From positions 1-33,765 of the forward strand of contig CAYJRR010000043.1 of the NCBI GenBank assembly GCA_964372275.1: a stretch of DNA of 33,765 nt, read 5' to 3'. How positions within the stretch are numbered: position 1 is the stretch's first letter; each line of letters opens with the position of its first letter. Source of the stretch: an uncultured bacterium (lineage in GTDB: Bacteria; CAYJRR01). Below, piece after piece: positions 1 to 9,263 of this stretch. Both the position numbers and the translations under genes were made by a program. The notes below the pieces were generated by a model that worked only from the letters and a program-made list of their open reading frames with translations, searched no databases and was not told the origin of the DNA.

Positions 1-130
1 AAGCCGCGCCCCCCTCCGCGGCGAGCGCCGCCAGCCGTTCGCCGAGGTCCGGGACGCCGGCGAACCGGTCGCGCGCCTCGTCCGAAAGAGCCGCCAGGAA
101 CGACGCGCGAAGGTCTGTCGGCGAGGTCAC
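1..130 (-). CDS. Partial CDS (N-terminus only, runs off the window); probable myxobacterial sigma-70/ECF-type sigma factor
   Basis: Not in the ORF track. My translation from GTG at 130 is MTSPTDLRASFLAALSDEARDRFAGVPDLGERLAALAAEGGAA with no stop, and GGGGAG lies upstream. It resembles the N-terminal 'L..L...G..AWP' extension of Myxococcales sigma factors that neighbour TPR kinases, and it is divergent from a zf-HC2 kinase. Only 43 codons are visible. Confidence 0.45.
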   Translation of the reverse strand, partial: MTSPTDLRASFLAALSDEARDRFAGVPDLGERLAALAAEGGAA

Positions 131-180
131 CTTGCTGGGCCGCTCCCCGTGGCCGTACGATCGCACTGCCCTCGCCCGCC

Positions 181-3036
181 ATGCGCCATCCCGACGATGA
201 TAGCCTGGTCGCGTTCCTGGAGGGGCGCCTCGACCCTACCGGACGCGCCGGGATCGAATCGCACCTGGCCGTGTGCGACGACTGCCGCCGGGTGGTCGCC
301 GAGATGGGGCGGCAGGCGCCGCGCGACGACGACACCCGGCCGACCTCGCCGACGTCCGACCGGGAGCTGGCGCCCGGAGACCGGCTCGGCCGCTTCCAGG
401 TGCTGGGCCGCCTCGGCGCCGGCGGGATGGGGATCGTCTACGCGGCCTACGACCCCGAGCTCGACCGGAAGGTCGCCCTGAAGCTCTACGCCTCGACCGA
501 TGCGGACGATCCAGTCCGCGGTCGGGCGTTGCTCCTGCGCGAGGCGCAGGCGATGGCCCGGCTGTCGCACCGGAACGCGCTCACCGTCTTCGACTTCGGC
601 ACCTACTACGACCGCGTCTACGTGGCGATGGAGTTGGTCGACGGCATGACGCTGGCCGCCTGGCTTCAGCTCAAGGCGCGGCGGTGGAAGGAGGTTTTGT
701 CGGTCTTTCTTGGAGTCGGGGAGGGCCTGGCGGCGGCGCACGCCGCGGGGATCGTCCACCGCGACGTCAAGCCGTCGAACGTGATGATCGGGCGTGACGG
801 GAGCGTTCGCGTCATGGACTTCGGGTTGGCGCGCCGGACGGCCCGGGAAATGTCCGGCGAACGGCGGGCGCTGACCGGTGGGATCGGCACTACACCCGAG
901 ACGCTCGCCCAGCCGGGGGCGCTGGTGGGAACGCCGCACTACATGTCGCCGGAGCAGCTCGCCGGCCGGCCGGCCGACGCGCGGAGCGATCAGTTCAGCT
1001 TCTGCGTCGCACTCTACGAAGCGCTCTACGGCGAGCGGCCGTTCCAGGGACGATCGATCGAAGAGCTGCTGTCGGAGATCTCGGAGTTCGAAGTCCGTCC
1101 GGCGCCGCTGCCGACTCGCTCGATCGCCTGGGTCCTCGGCCGGCCGCGCCACGTCCCCGTCTGGCTCCGTCGGATCGTCGTGCGCGGACTCCATCCCGAC
1201 CCGGCGCGCCGCTATCCCTCGATGGCGACGCTCGTCGGCGCGCTGCGCGAAGATCCGTGGGAATCCCGGCGTCGCGCGATCGCCGTCGGAGGGTTGGCGG
1301 CGGGGATCGCCGTCGCCCTCCTTGTGGCGGCGGGCGTCCGCTCGACGCTCGTCTGCAAGGACGTGACGCGGCCCCTCGCCGACGCCTGGAACGAAGCACG
1401 CAAGGCGACGGCGCACAGGGCCTTCTCGGCCACGGGTGCGAGCTTCGCCGAGGACTCCTGGCGGCGGGTCGCCGAGAGTCTGGACCGATACGCGGAACGT
1501 TGGTCCGCCGGGCGCAAGGAGCTGTGCCTTGCGACCGCCCAAGGGACCCGTCCGGACCGGACGGTTGCTCCGATCGCGCGCTGCTTCGACCGGCGGCTGG
1601 GCGAGCTCGCGGCGATGGTCGAGCTCCTCGAAACGGCAGACGCTTCGATCGTCGAGCACGCGGTGCGCGCCTCGCAGGAGCTTCCGCCGATCGAGAGCTG
1701 CGCCCTTGCCCGGTCCCGACCGCAGGACGACGCCGATCCCGAGCGCCGGGCACGGATCGACGCGATCTGGACCCGATCGCAGAAAGCGCTGGCCCGGCTG
1801 AACGCCGGCCGTCCGATCGAAGGACGCGCGGAGATGGCCGCCGTGCTCGCCGACGCGAAGGACGTGGGGGACCCCGAGCTCGAAGCAACCGCGCGAATCG
1901 CGCTCGCCCTCGATCGATACGAAGCGGGCGAGCTGTCCGACGCCGAGCGCCAGTTCGAAGAGGCGGCCTCGGCGGCCGAGCGGGCGGAGGACGATCTCCG
2001 CCGCGCGCGCGCGTGGGTGGGACTGACCGCCATCGCCGCGGAGACGGGTCGGCTCGACGAAGCCCGGCGGAGGTTGCGCACGCTGGATTCGATCGTCGCG
2101 CGGGTGGAGGACGAGCCGGGGGATCTCACCGCCGAGCGGCTCGGCGCGGAGGGGAACCTCGCCAACCGCGAAGGTCGACATCGGGACGCGGTCCGGATCG
2201 AGGAACAGGCGCTCGCGCTACGGGAGCGGCGGCACGGACCGACGGCGCTCCCCGTGGCCCACTCGCTGAACAACCTCGCCGTGTCCCTGGACGCGGCGGG
2301 GAAGCGGGAGGAGGCGGAGCGGGCGTATCGACGCGCCGCCGAGATCTACGAGCAGAGGCTAGGGGCCATGGACGCGAGCTTGGCGACGGTCCTGGACAAT
2401 CTCGGAACGCTGCTCGGCTACCAGGGGAAATTCGACGCCGCGGACGCGAGCTACCGCCGCGCGCTCGCCATCCGCGAAACGATCTTCGGGAAGGAGAGCG
2501 GCGCCGTCGCCGACAATCTGGTGAACCTGGGCACGCTGGAGACCGCGCGCGGCCACCACGCCGAATCGGCCGCCATCCTGGAGCGGGCGCGCGCCATCCA
2601 GGAGCGAAGGCTGCCGCCCGGGGACCCTTACTTCTTCATCCTGCGACACAACATCGGCGAGCTTCGCATGCACGAAAAGCGGCCCGCGGAGGCAGAGGTA
2701 GAGTTCCGTGCGGCCGCCGCCGGATTCGAGCGGGCGCTCGGCTCCGACCACCTGTATTCGGCGATCTCACGCGGCTGGTTGGCGCTCGCGCTCCTCGACC
2801 GGGGCCGGGCAAGAGAGGCCCTGACGCAGGCGGAGCGGGCGCGGGTCACGATGGAGAAGACGACCGGAGGCGAGAGCTTCGAGCTCGCGCGGCCGTTGGC
2901 GGTGATCGGACTGGCGCAACGCGACGGCGGTCTCGCGGCAAAGACGAGCCTCGAGGACGCCCTGCGCCTGCTCGAGGCCGAACCGGGGAGGGATCCCGTC
3001 CTGCTCGCCCGCGTCCGGGAGGCGCTCGGCCGCTAG
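181..3036 (+). CDS. Membrane Ser/Thr protein kinase: N-terminal zf-HC2 (anti-sigma-type) zinc finger, kinase domain, TM helix, Cys-containing helical region, TPR repeats
   Basis: HLAVCDDC (HxxxCxxC); kinase motifs GAGGMG, VALK, HRDVKPSN, DFGLA, GTPHYMSPE, DQFSFCV; TM AIAVGGLAAGIAVALLVAAGV; kinesin-light-chain-type TPRs (SLNNLA, VLDNLG, NLVNLG, RHNIG). Confidence 0.95.
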   Translation: MRHPDDDSLVAFLEGRLDPTGRAGIESHLAVCDDCRRVVAEMGRQAPRDDDTRPTSPTSDRELAPGDRLGRFQVLGRLGAGGMGIVYAAYDPELDRKVALKLYASTDADDPVRGRALLLREAQAMARLSHRNALTVFDFGTYYDRVYVAMELVDGMTLAAWLQLKARRWKEVLSVFLGVGEGLAAAHAAGIVHRDVKPSNVMIGRDGSVRVMDFGLARRTAREMSGERRALTGGIGTTPETLAQPGALVGTPHYMSPEQLAGRPADARSDQFSFCVALYEALYGERPFQGRSIEELLSEISEFEVRPAPLPTRSIAWVLGRPRHVPVWLRRIVVRGLHPDPARRYPSMATLVGALREDPWESRRRAIAVGGLAAGIAVALLVAAGVRSTLVCKDVTRPLADAWNEARKATAHRAFSATGASFAEDSWRRVAESLDRYAERWSAGRKELCLATAQGTRPDRTVAPIARCFDRRLGELAAMVELLETADASIVEHAVRASQELPPIESCALARSRPQDDADPERRARIDAIWTRSQKALARLNAGRPIEGRAEMAAVLADAKDVGDPELEATARIALALDRYEAGELSDAERQFEEAASAAERAEDDLRRARAWVGLTAIAAETGRLDEARRRLRTLDSIVARVEDEPGDLTAERLGAEGNLANREGRHRDAVRIEEQALALRERRHGPTALPVAHSLNNLAVSLDAAGKREEAERAYRRAAEIYEQRLGAMDASLATVLDNLGTLLGYQGKFDAADASYRRALAIRETIFGKESGAVADNLVNLGTLETARGHHAESAAILERARAIQERRLPPGDPYFFILRHNIGELRMHEKRPAEAEVEFRAAAAGFERALGSDHLYSAISRGWLALALLDRGRAREALTQAERARVTMEKTTGGESFELARPLAVIGLAQRDGGLAAKTSLEDALRLLEAEPGRDPVLLARVREALGR

Positions 3037-4043
3037 GGGAGCTCGACCGCGACGCCGCCGCGCTCGAGGGAGCGTTGGCCGGCCTCGAGTACGCGCACCA
3101 CGCGCAGCCCGCTCCTGCCGTCGGAGCGCGGGGCGCGCGAGGCGAGCGCGCACTCGACGAAGTGGCCGCACTCGACCTTGAGCGGCTCGACCGAATCGAC
3201 GCGCGGAATCACGATGTCCCCCGAGCGCAACGTGATCGCCTCGCCGTAGGTCTCGTAGTCGAGCTTGACCTCGGCACCCTTGTCGTAGACGCGGACCTTC
3301 TCCGTCGACTCGCCGTCGTCGAACGTCACCATCTTCCGCGCGCCGACGATGGTGAACTTGCGGAGCTTGTGCGGGTCGAGCCAGGAGACGTGCACGTGCG
3401 CCGTCACACCTCCGTCGAAGAGAAGATGCGCGAAGACCACGTCCTCGATGCCGGCGTTCAGGAAGCTCGCGCCGCGCGCGGAGACGGCGATCGGTTCGCG
3501 CCCCATCAGGTGCAACGCCACCGAGACGTCGTGCGGCGCGAGGCTCCACCAGGCGTTCTCGTCCTTGCGCACCACGCCGAGGTTCAGGCGCTGGCTGTAC
3601 AGGTAGCGGATCGTTCCCAGCTCGCCGGTGTCGACCAGCGCCTTGAGCCGGTCGACGGCGGGGTGGTACTCGAGCAGGTGGCCGACCATCAGCACCTTGC
3701 CGGCGCGAGCCGCGGTCTCCTCCAGATCGCGGGCATCGGCGGAGGTCATGGCCATCGGCTTCTCGACGAAGACGTGCTTTCCACTCTGCAGGGCGCGTTT
3801 CGCCAGGGGATGGTGCGTGTGGGGCGGCGTGGCGATGGCGACGGCCTCGATCCGGGAGTCGGAGAAAACCAGCTCCGGATCGGAACAGGTCGCGACGCCG
3901 GGATGGGCGGCCGCCGCGCGGGCGAGGCTCGCGGGGAGCGAATCGCAGATCGCCGCCAGCTCCACCTTCGACAGCGACGCCATGTTCAGGAGGACGTTCT
4001 TAACCCATTTGCCGACGCCGATCATCCCCAACGCCAGCTTCAT
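3033..4043 (-). CDS. Gfo/Idh/MocA family NAD-dependent oxidoreductase (WbpB/WlbA-like sugar-nucleotide dehydrogenase)
   Basis: Rossmann GMIGVGKW, IATPPHTH, GKHVFVEKPM, LMVGH, WSLAPHD. Start moved to ATG 4043 (MKLALG), which overlaps the upstream stop as ATGA. Its stop shares CTAG (3033-3036) with the convergent kinase stop. Confidence 0.9.
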   Translation of the reverse strand: MKLALGMIGVGKWVKNVLLNMASLSKVELAAICDSLPASLARAAAAHPGVATCSDPELVFSDSRIEAVAIATPPHTHHPLAKRALQSGKHVFVEKPMAMTSADARDLEETAARAGKVLMVGHLLEYHPAVDRLKALVDTGELGTIRYLYSQRLNLGVVRKDENAWWSLAPHDVSVALHLMGREPIAVSARGASFLNAGIEDVVFAHLLFDGGVTAHVHVSWLDPHKLRKFTIVGARKMVTFDDGESTEKVRVYDKGAEVKLDYETYGEAITLRSGDIVIPRVDSVEPLKVECGHFVECALASRAPRSDGRSGLRVVRVLEAGQRSLERGGVAVELP

Positions 4044-4621
4044 CGGTCGACCTCGCGCACCGCCCCGTCTTCGGCCCGGTAGCGCGACCCGCATTCGCCG
4101 CACGCCGCGTCACCGGCGGGGCGGGCGGCGAAGGGGAGACGCACCCCGCAGCGGCAGACCCAACCCGCCACGCGACCCGGGACGCCGATCAGGAGCGCGA
4201 ACGGCGGAACGTCGCGCGTCACGACCGACCCCGCTGCGACGAAGGCGTAGCGCCCGACGTCGTGTCCGCAGACGACGGTGCAGTTTGCGCCGAGCGTGGC
4301 GCCCCGACCGACGCGCGTGGCGCGGAACTGGTGCTTGCGCGAAACGTGGCTGCGCGGATTCACCACGTTGGTGAAGACCATCGACGGACCGCAGAAGACG
4401 TCGTCCTCGAGGACCACCCCTTCGTAGACGGAGACGTTGTTCTGGACCTTCACGTTGCGTCCGATCGTCACCTTCGGTCCGACGTAGACGTTCTGCCCCA
4501 GCGAGCACCCCTCCCCGACCACCGCCCCCGCCGTGACGTGGCTGAAGTGCCAGACCTTCGTCCCCTCTCCGAGCACCGCGCCCGGGTCGACGACCGCCGT
4601 CGGATGGATCGTGACGCCCAC
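4040..4621 (-). CDS. wbpD: Hexapeptide-repeat N-acetyltransferase, WbpD/WlbB-like (UDP-2-acetamido-3-amino-2,3-dideoxy-glucuronate N-acetyltransferase family)
   Basis: IHPTAVVDPGA, TKVWHFSHV, LGQNV, KVQNNVSVYEGV, FCGPSMVFTNVVNPRS, GANCTVVCG, and a C-terminal CxCG..CxxCG, all typical of WbpD/WlbB. Confidence 0.85.
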   Translation of the reverse strand: MGVTIHPTAVVDPGAVLGEGTKVWHFSHVTAGAVVGEGCSLGQNVYVGPKVTIGRNVKVQNNVSVYEGVVLEDDVFCGPSMVFTNVVNPRSHVSRKHQFRATRVGRGATLGANCTVVCGHDVGRYAFVAAGSVVTRDVPPFALLIGVPGRVAGWVCRCGVRLPFAARPAGDAACGECGSRYRAEDGAVREVDR

Positions 4622-4649
4622 TCGGCACGAAATACCATCCTCGGCGCGG

Positions 4650-4655
4650 TAAGAT
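4650..4655 (+). promoter_or_regulatory. Candidate -10 element (TAAGAT) 8 nt before the GTG at 4664
   Basis: TAnnnT hexamer in a 42-bp divergent intergenic gap; no Shine-Dalgarno before the GTG. Confidence 0.4.
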
Positions 4656-4663
4656 CCACCTCC

Positions 4664-5872
4664 GTGTCATCGTCCACCCTCGTCGCACCCGCACCCGTCC
4701 CACGCGCCGCACTGACCACCCGCTTCGCCGACTTCTGGCTCCTCGGGGGACTGAGTCTCGCCCTCTGGACCGCGATGGTCGCGCTCCAGGGCTGGCGGCT
4801 GGGGGACGGGGCGCTGGCGGTGTTCACCCGCACCCAGTTCGCCGGGATTGCCGGCGCCAACGCGACGTTGATGCTGCTGCTCAACGGCCCGCACTTCCTC
4901 GCCTCCTATCGACTGGCGTACGGACGGGGCTTCCGTTACGTCCGGGAGCGCTGGTTCGCGTTGATCGTCTTCCCGGCGGCGTTGCTGGCGGCGCTCGCCT
5001 TCGCCTTCGCGGGATACGGGACCGGCGTCGAAGCCGGCGGATCGTTCCGCTGGTTGGGGCGGATGTTTCTCCGGATCGGACTGTCGCCACCCATCGGACC
5101 GCATGCGACCGCCGGCGGCGCGGTGATGACCCTCCTGATCCAGACGATGCTGCTGACCGTCGGTTGGCACTACAGCAAGCAGGTCTACGGCTGCATGATG
5201 GTCTACGCCCGCTACGACGGTTATCCGCTGACCGACCGTCAGCGCGCCTGGATCCGCTGGAGCCTGCATTCCGTCGCCATCGCCTCCTACGTGGCGCTCA
5301 ACCTCCATCGCAACGAGCTGGCATTCCTCAACGTCCCCTACTACGGGCTCGGCTTCCCCTACTGGCTCCACCTGGCGACGACGATCGGCTCGATCGCCGC
5401 CATTGCCGGCTGCGCGCTCCACGTCGTCCGCAAGAACGGGCTCGACTCCGGCCGGCGTCCGAGTCTGAACTTCGTGGTCCCCTACATCGCGTTCCTGGCC
5501 TGGTGGTTCCCGTTGCTCGACCAGGTCGAGTTCACCACCGTGCTGGTGCCGGCCTTCCACGCCATCCAGTACCTGCCGTTCGTCTTCCGCGTCGAGCGGG
5601 CCCAGGCGGCCGCGCGCAGCCCGGCGCGAGCCGACCTCGCCGTGACGCTCTGCGCCGTCGGGCTCGTCGTCGCCGGAGCGCTCGCGTTCGACCTCCTGCC
5701 GGGGGCGCTCGACCACCGGCTGGCGACCCCCCGAACGATGAACGTCTTCTTCTTCACCGCCGCCGCGGCGGCGTTCATCAACATCCACCACTATGCGATC
5801 GACAGCGTCATCTGGAAGACGCGCGATCGGCACGTCGGCGGCCCCCTCTTCGGCGCGCGCACCTCGCCGTGA
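4664..5872 (+). CDS. Polytopic membrane protein of unknown function with several His motifs
   Basis: About 9-10 hydrophobic segments; motifs GPHFLASY, GWHYSKQ, FHAIQYL, NIHHYAIDSVIWK. Start moved to GTG 4664 (in frame with the 4262 ORF) to avoid overlap with wbpD. Confidence 0.8.
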   Translation: MSSSTLVAPAPVPRAALTTRFADFWLLGGLSLALWTAMVALQGWRLGDGALAVFTRTQFAGIAGANATLMLLLNGPHFLASYRLAYGRGFRYVRERWFALIVFPAALLAALAFAFAGYGTGVEAGGSFRWLGRMFLRIGLSPPIGPHATAGGAVMTLLIQTMLLTVGWHYSKQVYGCMMVYARYDGYPLTDRQRAWIRWSLHSVAIASYVALNLHRNELAFLNVPYYGLGFPYWLHLATTIGSIAAIAGCALHVVRKNGLDSGRRPSLNFVVPYIAFLAWWFPLLDQVEFTTVLVPAFHAIQYLPFVFRVERAQAAARSPARADLAVTLCAVGLVVAGALAFDLLPGALDHRLATPRTMNVFFFTAAAAAFINIHHYAIDSVIWKTRDRHVGGPLFGARTSP

Positions 5873-5892
5873 TCGGATATCCTCTCCGGTCG

Positions 5893-7758
5893 ATGGCACG
5901 ACACCGCTCACTCCTCGCCGGACTCGTTCTCCTCGCCGGTTGCACCGACCGCTACGGCGGCTCGGCCTGCCGCCTAACCCACGAAGGGGGGGGCGCGACG
6001 GCGCAGTTCCACCTCGATGCCGACTGCTTCGCGAATCCGTTCCCGACCGACCTGCTGCGCGACGGCGATGAGATCGCCGTGCCGGCATCGCGGTTCGGGT
6101 ACCTGTTGCCGCAGACCGAGGCGTTCGACGACACGCACGAGTACCTGGAGGAGGTGGCGGAGTCGCTCGACGGCGACGGCTTCAGCACCATCGCGCCGAT
6201 CCGCATCCTGTTCGACCATGCGGTCGACCTGGCCACCGTCCCCGGAAACGTCCGCCTCTACGTCTTCGACACCGCCGGCCGCGCCGTCCCGGACGGGACC
6301 GAGCTCGTCCCGACCTGGGACGACGACCTCTCCGCGCTCCTTCTGCAGCCGCAGACCCCGCTGCGCGCGAAGACGACCTACGGCGTCGCCGTCCTTTCGA
6401 CGCTGCTCGACGGCGAGGGTCGCCCGACGATGCCGACGAAGGACTTCGGCCGGTACCTGGCCGGCGGGCCGCTCGCCACCGACGCGCTGGTCGTCGAGGC
6501 CGCGTCCGAGGTCGGAGCGGTCGTCCTGGCCTTCTCCTTCCGCACCCAGACGGAGACCGACGACCTGGTCTCGATCCGGGACCAGGTGTTCGGCGAGCTC
6601 GGGAACGTCCTCCTGCCCGACTTCGATGCCGACACCGGATTCGAGGGGCTCCTCGGTGGCATCTACACCAACGGCAGCCTCGGTTTCTCGACGATTCTCG
6701 AGGGGGAGGACGGCTCGAATCTGGGGACGATCGCCACCGGCATCTTCGAGTCGTTCGACTTCCGGGGACTCGACGAGGGCTCGTTCGATCCGGAGCTGGT
6801 CGCCGGCCGCGCCACCCCCCCGACCAATCCGGTCGACTTCCGGGTCGCCGTCCCGGCCGGTTCGGCGCCCTCGGGCGGATGGCCGATCGTCCTCTACCAG
6901 CACGGTCTCGGCGGCAGCAGCCAGGACGTCTACCGCTGGGCGAACGAGCTCGCCACCTACGGCTTCGCCACCGTCGCGATCTCGGCCCTGGAGCACGGAC
7001 GCCGGGGGACGGTGACAGAGTTCTTCCAATGGGGGAGCATCCCCGCGACGAGGGACAACATCCGCCAGACCAACGCCGACCAGCTCCAGCTGCTCCGCAC
7101 GCTGCGCAACGGAAAGGTGTTCGGAACCGATCCACTGTTCGACCTCCTCGACACCAGCGACGTCCGCTACTTCGGCATCTCGCTCGGCGGGATCCTCGGG
7201 GTGAACTTCCTCGCCGTCGCCCCCGGCCTCGACCTGGGGGCGCTGGTCGTGCCCGGCGCGCACCTGTCGCTCGAGCTGTACGCCGAGCAGGTGGGGGTCG
7301 AGTACCTCTATCCGTTCATCTCCGCCCGGGCCGGGATCGACCCCGAGGATCCCGAGTTCGACGACTTCATCAAGGGCTTCCAACCGCTGGTCCAGCTCGG
7401 GATCGACCGCGGCGATCCGGCGAACTACGCGCCGCACGTGGTGACCGAAGGCCAGCAGCTTCCCAACACCGGCGCCAAGATCGTCCTGCAGACCGAGGCG
7501 CCCGGGGACACGTGGGTGCCGAACGACGCCAACGAGACGCTGCGACGCGCGATGGGTCTCCCGCTCCTCACCGCGGCGGTGACCAACACCGCCGGGGTCT
7601 CGGGGACGTGGGTCTTCGACGTGGAGGCGTTCGACTACGAGGACGAGCCCCACGGCTACTTCGGCGACCTGTGCGAAGGCCGTCACCAGGTCTTCCACTG
7701 GCTCGCGACGGATGGCCAGGAGCTGGTCGACCCGGCGGTCGCCGGCTGCCCGCAGTAG
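5893..7758 (+). CDS. Lipoprotein with N-terminal Ig-like region and C-terminal alpha/beta hydrolase (VolA/Pla-1-like lipase/esterase)
   Basis: Signal MARHRSLLAGLVLLAG|C; PFPTD and DGFS motifs; GWPIVLYQHGLGG (oxyanion region), GISLGG (nucleophile), GDTWVP (Asp), EPHG (His). Start moved to ATG 5893. Confidence 0.85.
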   Translation: MARHRSLLAGLVLLAGCTDRYGGSACRLTHEGGGATAQFHLDADCFANPFPTDLLRDGDEIAVPASRFGYLLPQTEAFDDTHEYLEEVAESLDGDGFSTIAPIRILFDHAVDLATVPGNVRLYVFDTAGRAVPDGTELVPTWDDDLSALLLQPQTPLRAKTTYGVAVLSTLLDGEGRPTMPTKDFGRYLAGGPLATDALVVEAASEVGAVVLAFSFRTQTETDDLVSIRDQVFGELGNVLLPDFDADTGFEGLLGGIYTNGSLGFSTILEGEDGSNLGTIATGIFESFDFRGLDEGSFDPELVAGRATPPTNPVDFRVAVPAGSAPSGGWPIVLYQHGLGGSSQDVYRWANELATYGFATVAISALEHGRRGTVTEFFQWGSIPATRDNIRQTNADQLQLLRTLRNGKVFGTDPLFDLLDTSDVRYFGISLGGILGVNFLAVAPGLDLGALVVPGAHLSLELYAEQVGVEYLYPFISARAGIDPEDPEFDDFIKGFQPLVQLGIDRGDPANYAPHVVTEGQQLPNTGAKIVLQTEAPGDTWVPNDANETLRRAMGLPLLTAAVTNTAGVSGTWVFDVEAFDYEDEPHGYFGDLCEGRHQVFHWLATDGQELVDPAVAGCPQ

Positions 7759-7849
7759 ACCGCGGGGTTACGCTCCCGCAAGGGGGCTCCCGATGCGGGA
7801 TTGCCGGCGCACCGCGGGCATGATTGGCTCGTCCGTCCGGAGGTCCCCG

Positions 7850-9250
7850 ATGCGGAGCTTGGCCGTAGCGCTCCTCGCCGTCGTCTCGGCCGGTTGCAAC
7901 GAGGCGCGATACCCTACGGGGGAGGCCGCCAAGTCGGAGATCGGGCACGTCCCGCCCGAGCCGCAGCGCGCGGGCGATCCGGTCCTCGGCTACGACGCCC
8001 TGGTGAACCGCCCCTACGTCACCTGCGGGATTCCGCAGTCGACCTACGACCAGCTCGTCGGACCGGCGCCGGTCGAGATGCGCCTGCCGGGGCGGGAGGG
8101 CCGGAACGCCACCCTTCCCTACGCCTTCACCGCCTTCACCGCCAAGAGCGGCGTCGACCTGGTGAGCGCCAACTGCCTCGGTTGCCACGCCGCGTTCTTC
8201 GACGGCGAGCTGATCGTGGGGCTGGGCAACGAGTCGACCGACTACACCGAGGATCTCTCCTTCTACGCCGAGGCGGTCGGCGCGTTCGTCGACGATGGAC
8301 CGGAGCGGGACGAGTGGCGCAAGTGGGCCGACCGCGTCGCGGCGATCGCCCCCTACTCCCGCCCCACTACCGTCGGGGTCAATCCGGCCGACAACTTCAC
8401 CTTCGCGCTCCTGGCCCACCGCAACCGGGAGACGCTGGCCTGGTCGGAGCGTCCTCTCCTGGAGCTTCCGCCGACCTACGTCCTCCCGGTGAGCGTTCCC
8501 CCCTGGTGGCGCATGGCGAAGAAGAACGCCATGTTCTACAACGCCAGCGGCCGCGGCGATCACGCGCGCTACATGATGGCGGCGGCGAACCTCTGCACCG
8601 ACACCGTCGAGGAGGCGCTGGAGATCGACGCCTTCTTCCCCGACGTGCGGGCGTTCATCTCGTCGATCGAGCCGCCCCGCTGGAAATGGGCGATCGACGA
8701 CGCGAGGGTGCGCCGCGGCGCCGTGGTCTTCTCCCAGAACTGCGCCCGGTGCCACGGCGGTCCGACCGCGCTCACCCCCTATCCGGATCGGGTGATCTCG
8801 CTCGAGGAGGTCGGGACCGACCCGGCGGTGGCGCTCGGCGCCTACCAGGAGATCGACCGGTTCATCGACTGGTTCAACGGCTCGTTCTACGGCGCCCTGG
8901 GCCGGTTCGCTCCGGCGCGCGGCTACGTGGCCCCCCCGCTCGACGGCGTCTGGGCGACGGCGCCGTACCTCCACAACGGATCGGTGCCGACGATCGCGGC
9001 GCTGCTGGAGAGCGGCACCCGACCCCGCTTCTGGACGCGCAGCTTCGACTCGTCCGACTACGACACCGCGGCGCTCGGATGGACCTACACCGAGCTCGAC
9101 CACGGGAAGGCCGACGAGGAGGACGCCGACGCTCGCGCCCGGATCTACGACACCACGCAGCTCGGGTACTCCAACGCGGGGCACACCTTCGGCGACGCCC
9201 TCACCGACGAAGACCGTCTCGCGTTGCTCGAGTACCTCAAGACCTTGTGA
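7850..9250 (+). CDS. Di-heme c-type cytochrome lipoprotein, RoxA/cytochrome c peroxidase (MauG/bCcP) superfamily-like
   Basis: GGAGG RBS, then MRSLAVALLAVVSAG|C; heme motifs CLGCH (8174-8188) and CARCH (8741-8755); PPLDGVWATAPYLHNGSVPT and GYSNAGHTFG..L...DR.ALLEYLKTL C-terminus typical of RoxA-like proteins. Confidence 0.88.
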   Translation: MRSLAVALLAVVSAGCNEARYPTGEAAKSEIGHVPPEPQRAGDPVLGYDALVNRPYVTCGIPQSTYDQLVGPAPVEMRLPGREGRNATLPYAFTAFTAKSGVDLVSANCLGCHAAFFDGELIVGLGNESTDYTEDLSFYAEAVGAFVDDGPERDEWRKWADRVAAIAPYSRPTTVGVNPADNFTFALLAHRNRETLAWSERPLLELPPTYVLPVSVPPWWRMAKKNAMFYNASGRGDHARYMMAAANLCTDTVEEALEIDAFFPDVRAFISSIEPPRWKWAIDDARVRRGAVVFSQNCARCHGGPTALTPYPDRVISLEEVGTDPAVALGAYQEIDRFIDWFNGSFYGALGRFAPARGYVAPPLDGVWATAPYLHNGSVPTIAALLESGTRPRFWTRSFDSSDYDTAALGWTYTELDHGKADEEDADARARIYDTTQLGYSNAGHTFGDALTDEDRLALLEYLKTL

Positions 9251-9263
9251 CCCGAGGAGGAAC

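Noticed and set aside
127-2181. 684-aa minus-strand ORF, plus 1257-4082 (+) and other overlapping ORFs
   Set aside because: Antisense or off-frame shadows of the kinase; Arg/Pro/Gly-rich with no motifs, as expected when high GC depletes stop codons.
4262-4663. N-terminal extension of the membrane protein ORF; likewise the extensions at 5164-5892, 7712-7849, 15175-16119, 16592-17104 and 27758-27820
   Set aside because: Most overlap real neighbouring genes, and all precede a better start supported by a signal peptide, RBS or domain boundary.
7850-9250. Calling the di-heme protein roxA or mauG
   Set aside because: Only superfamily-level motifs are shared; size and context do not support orthology.
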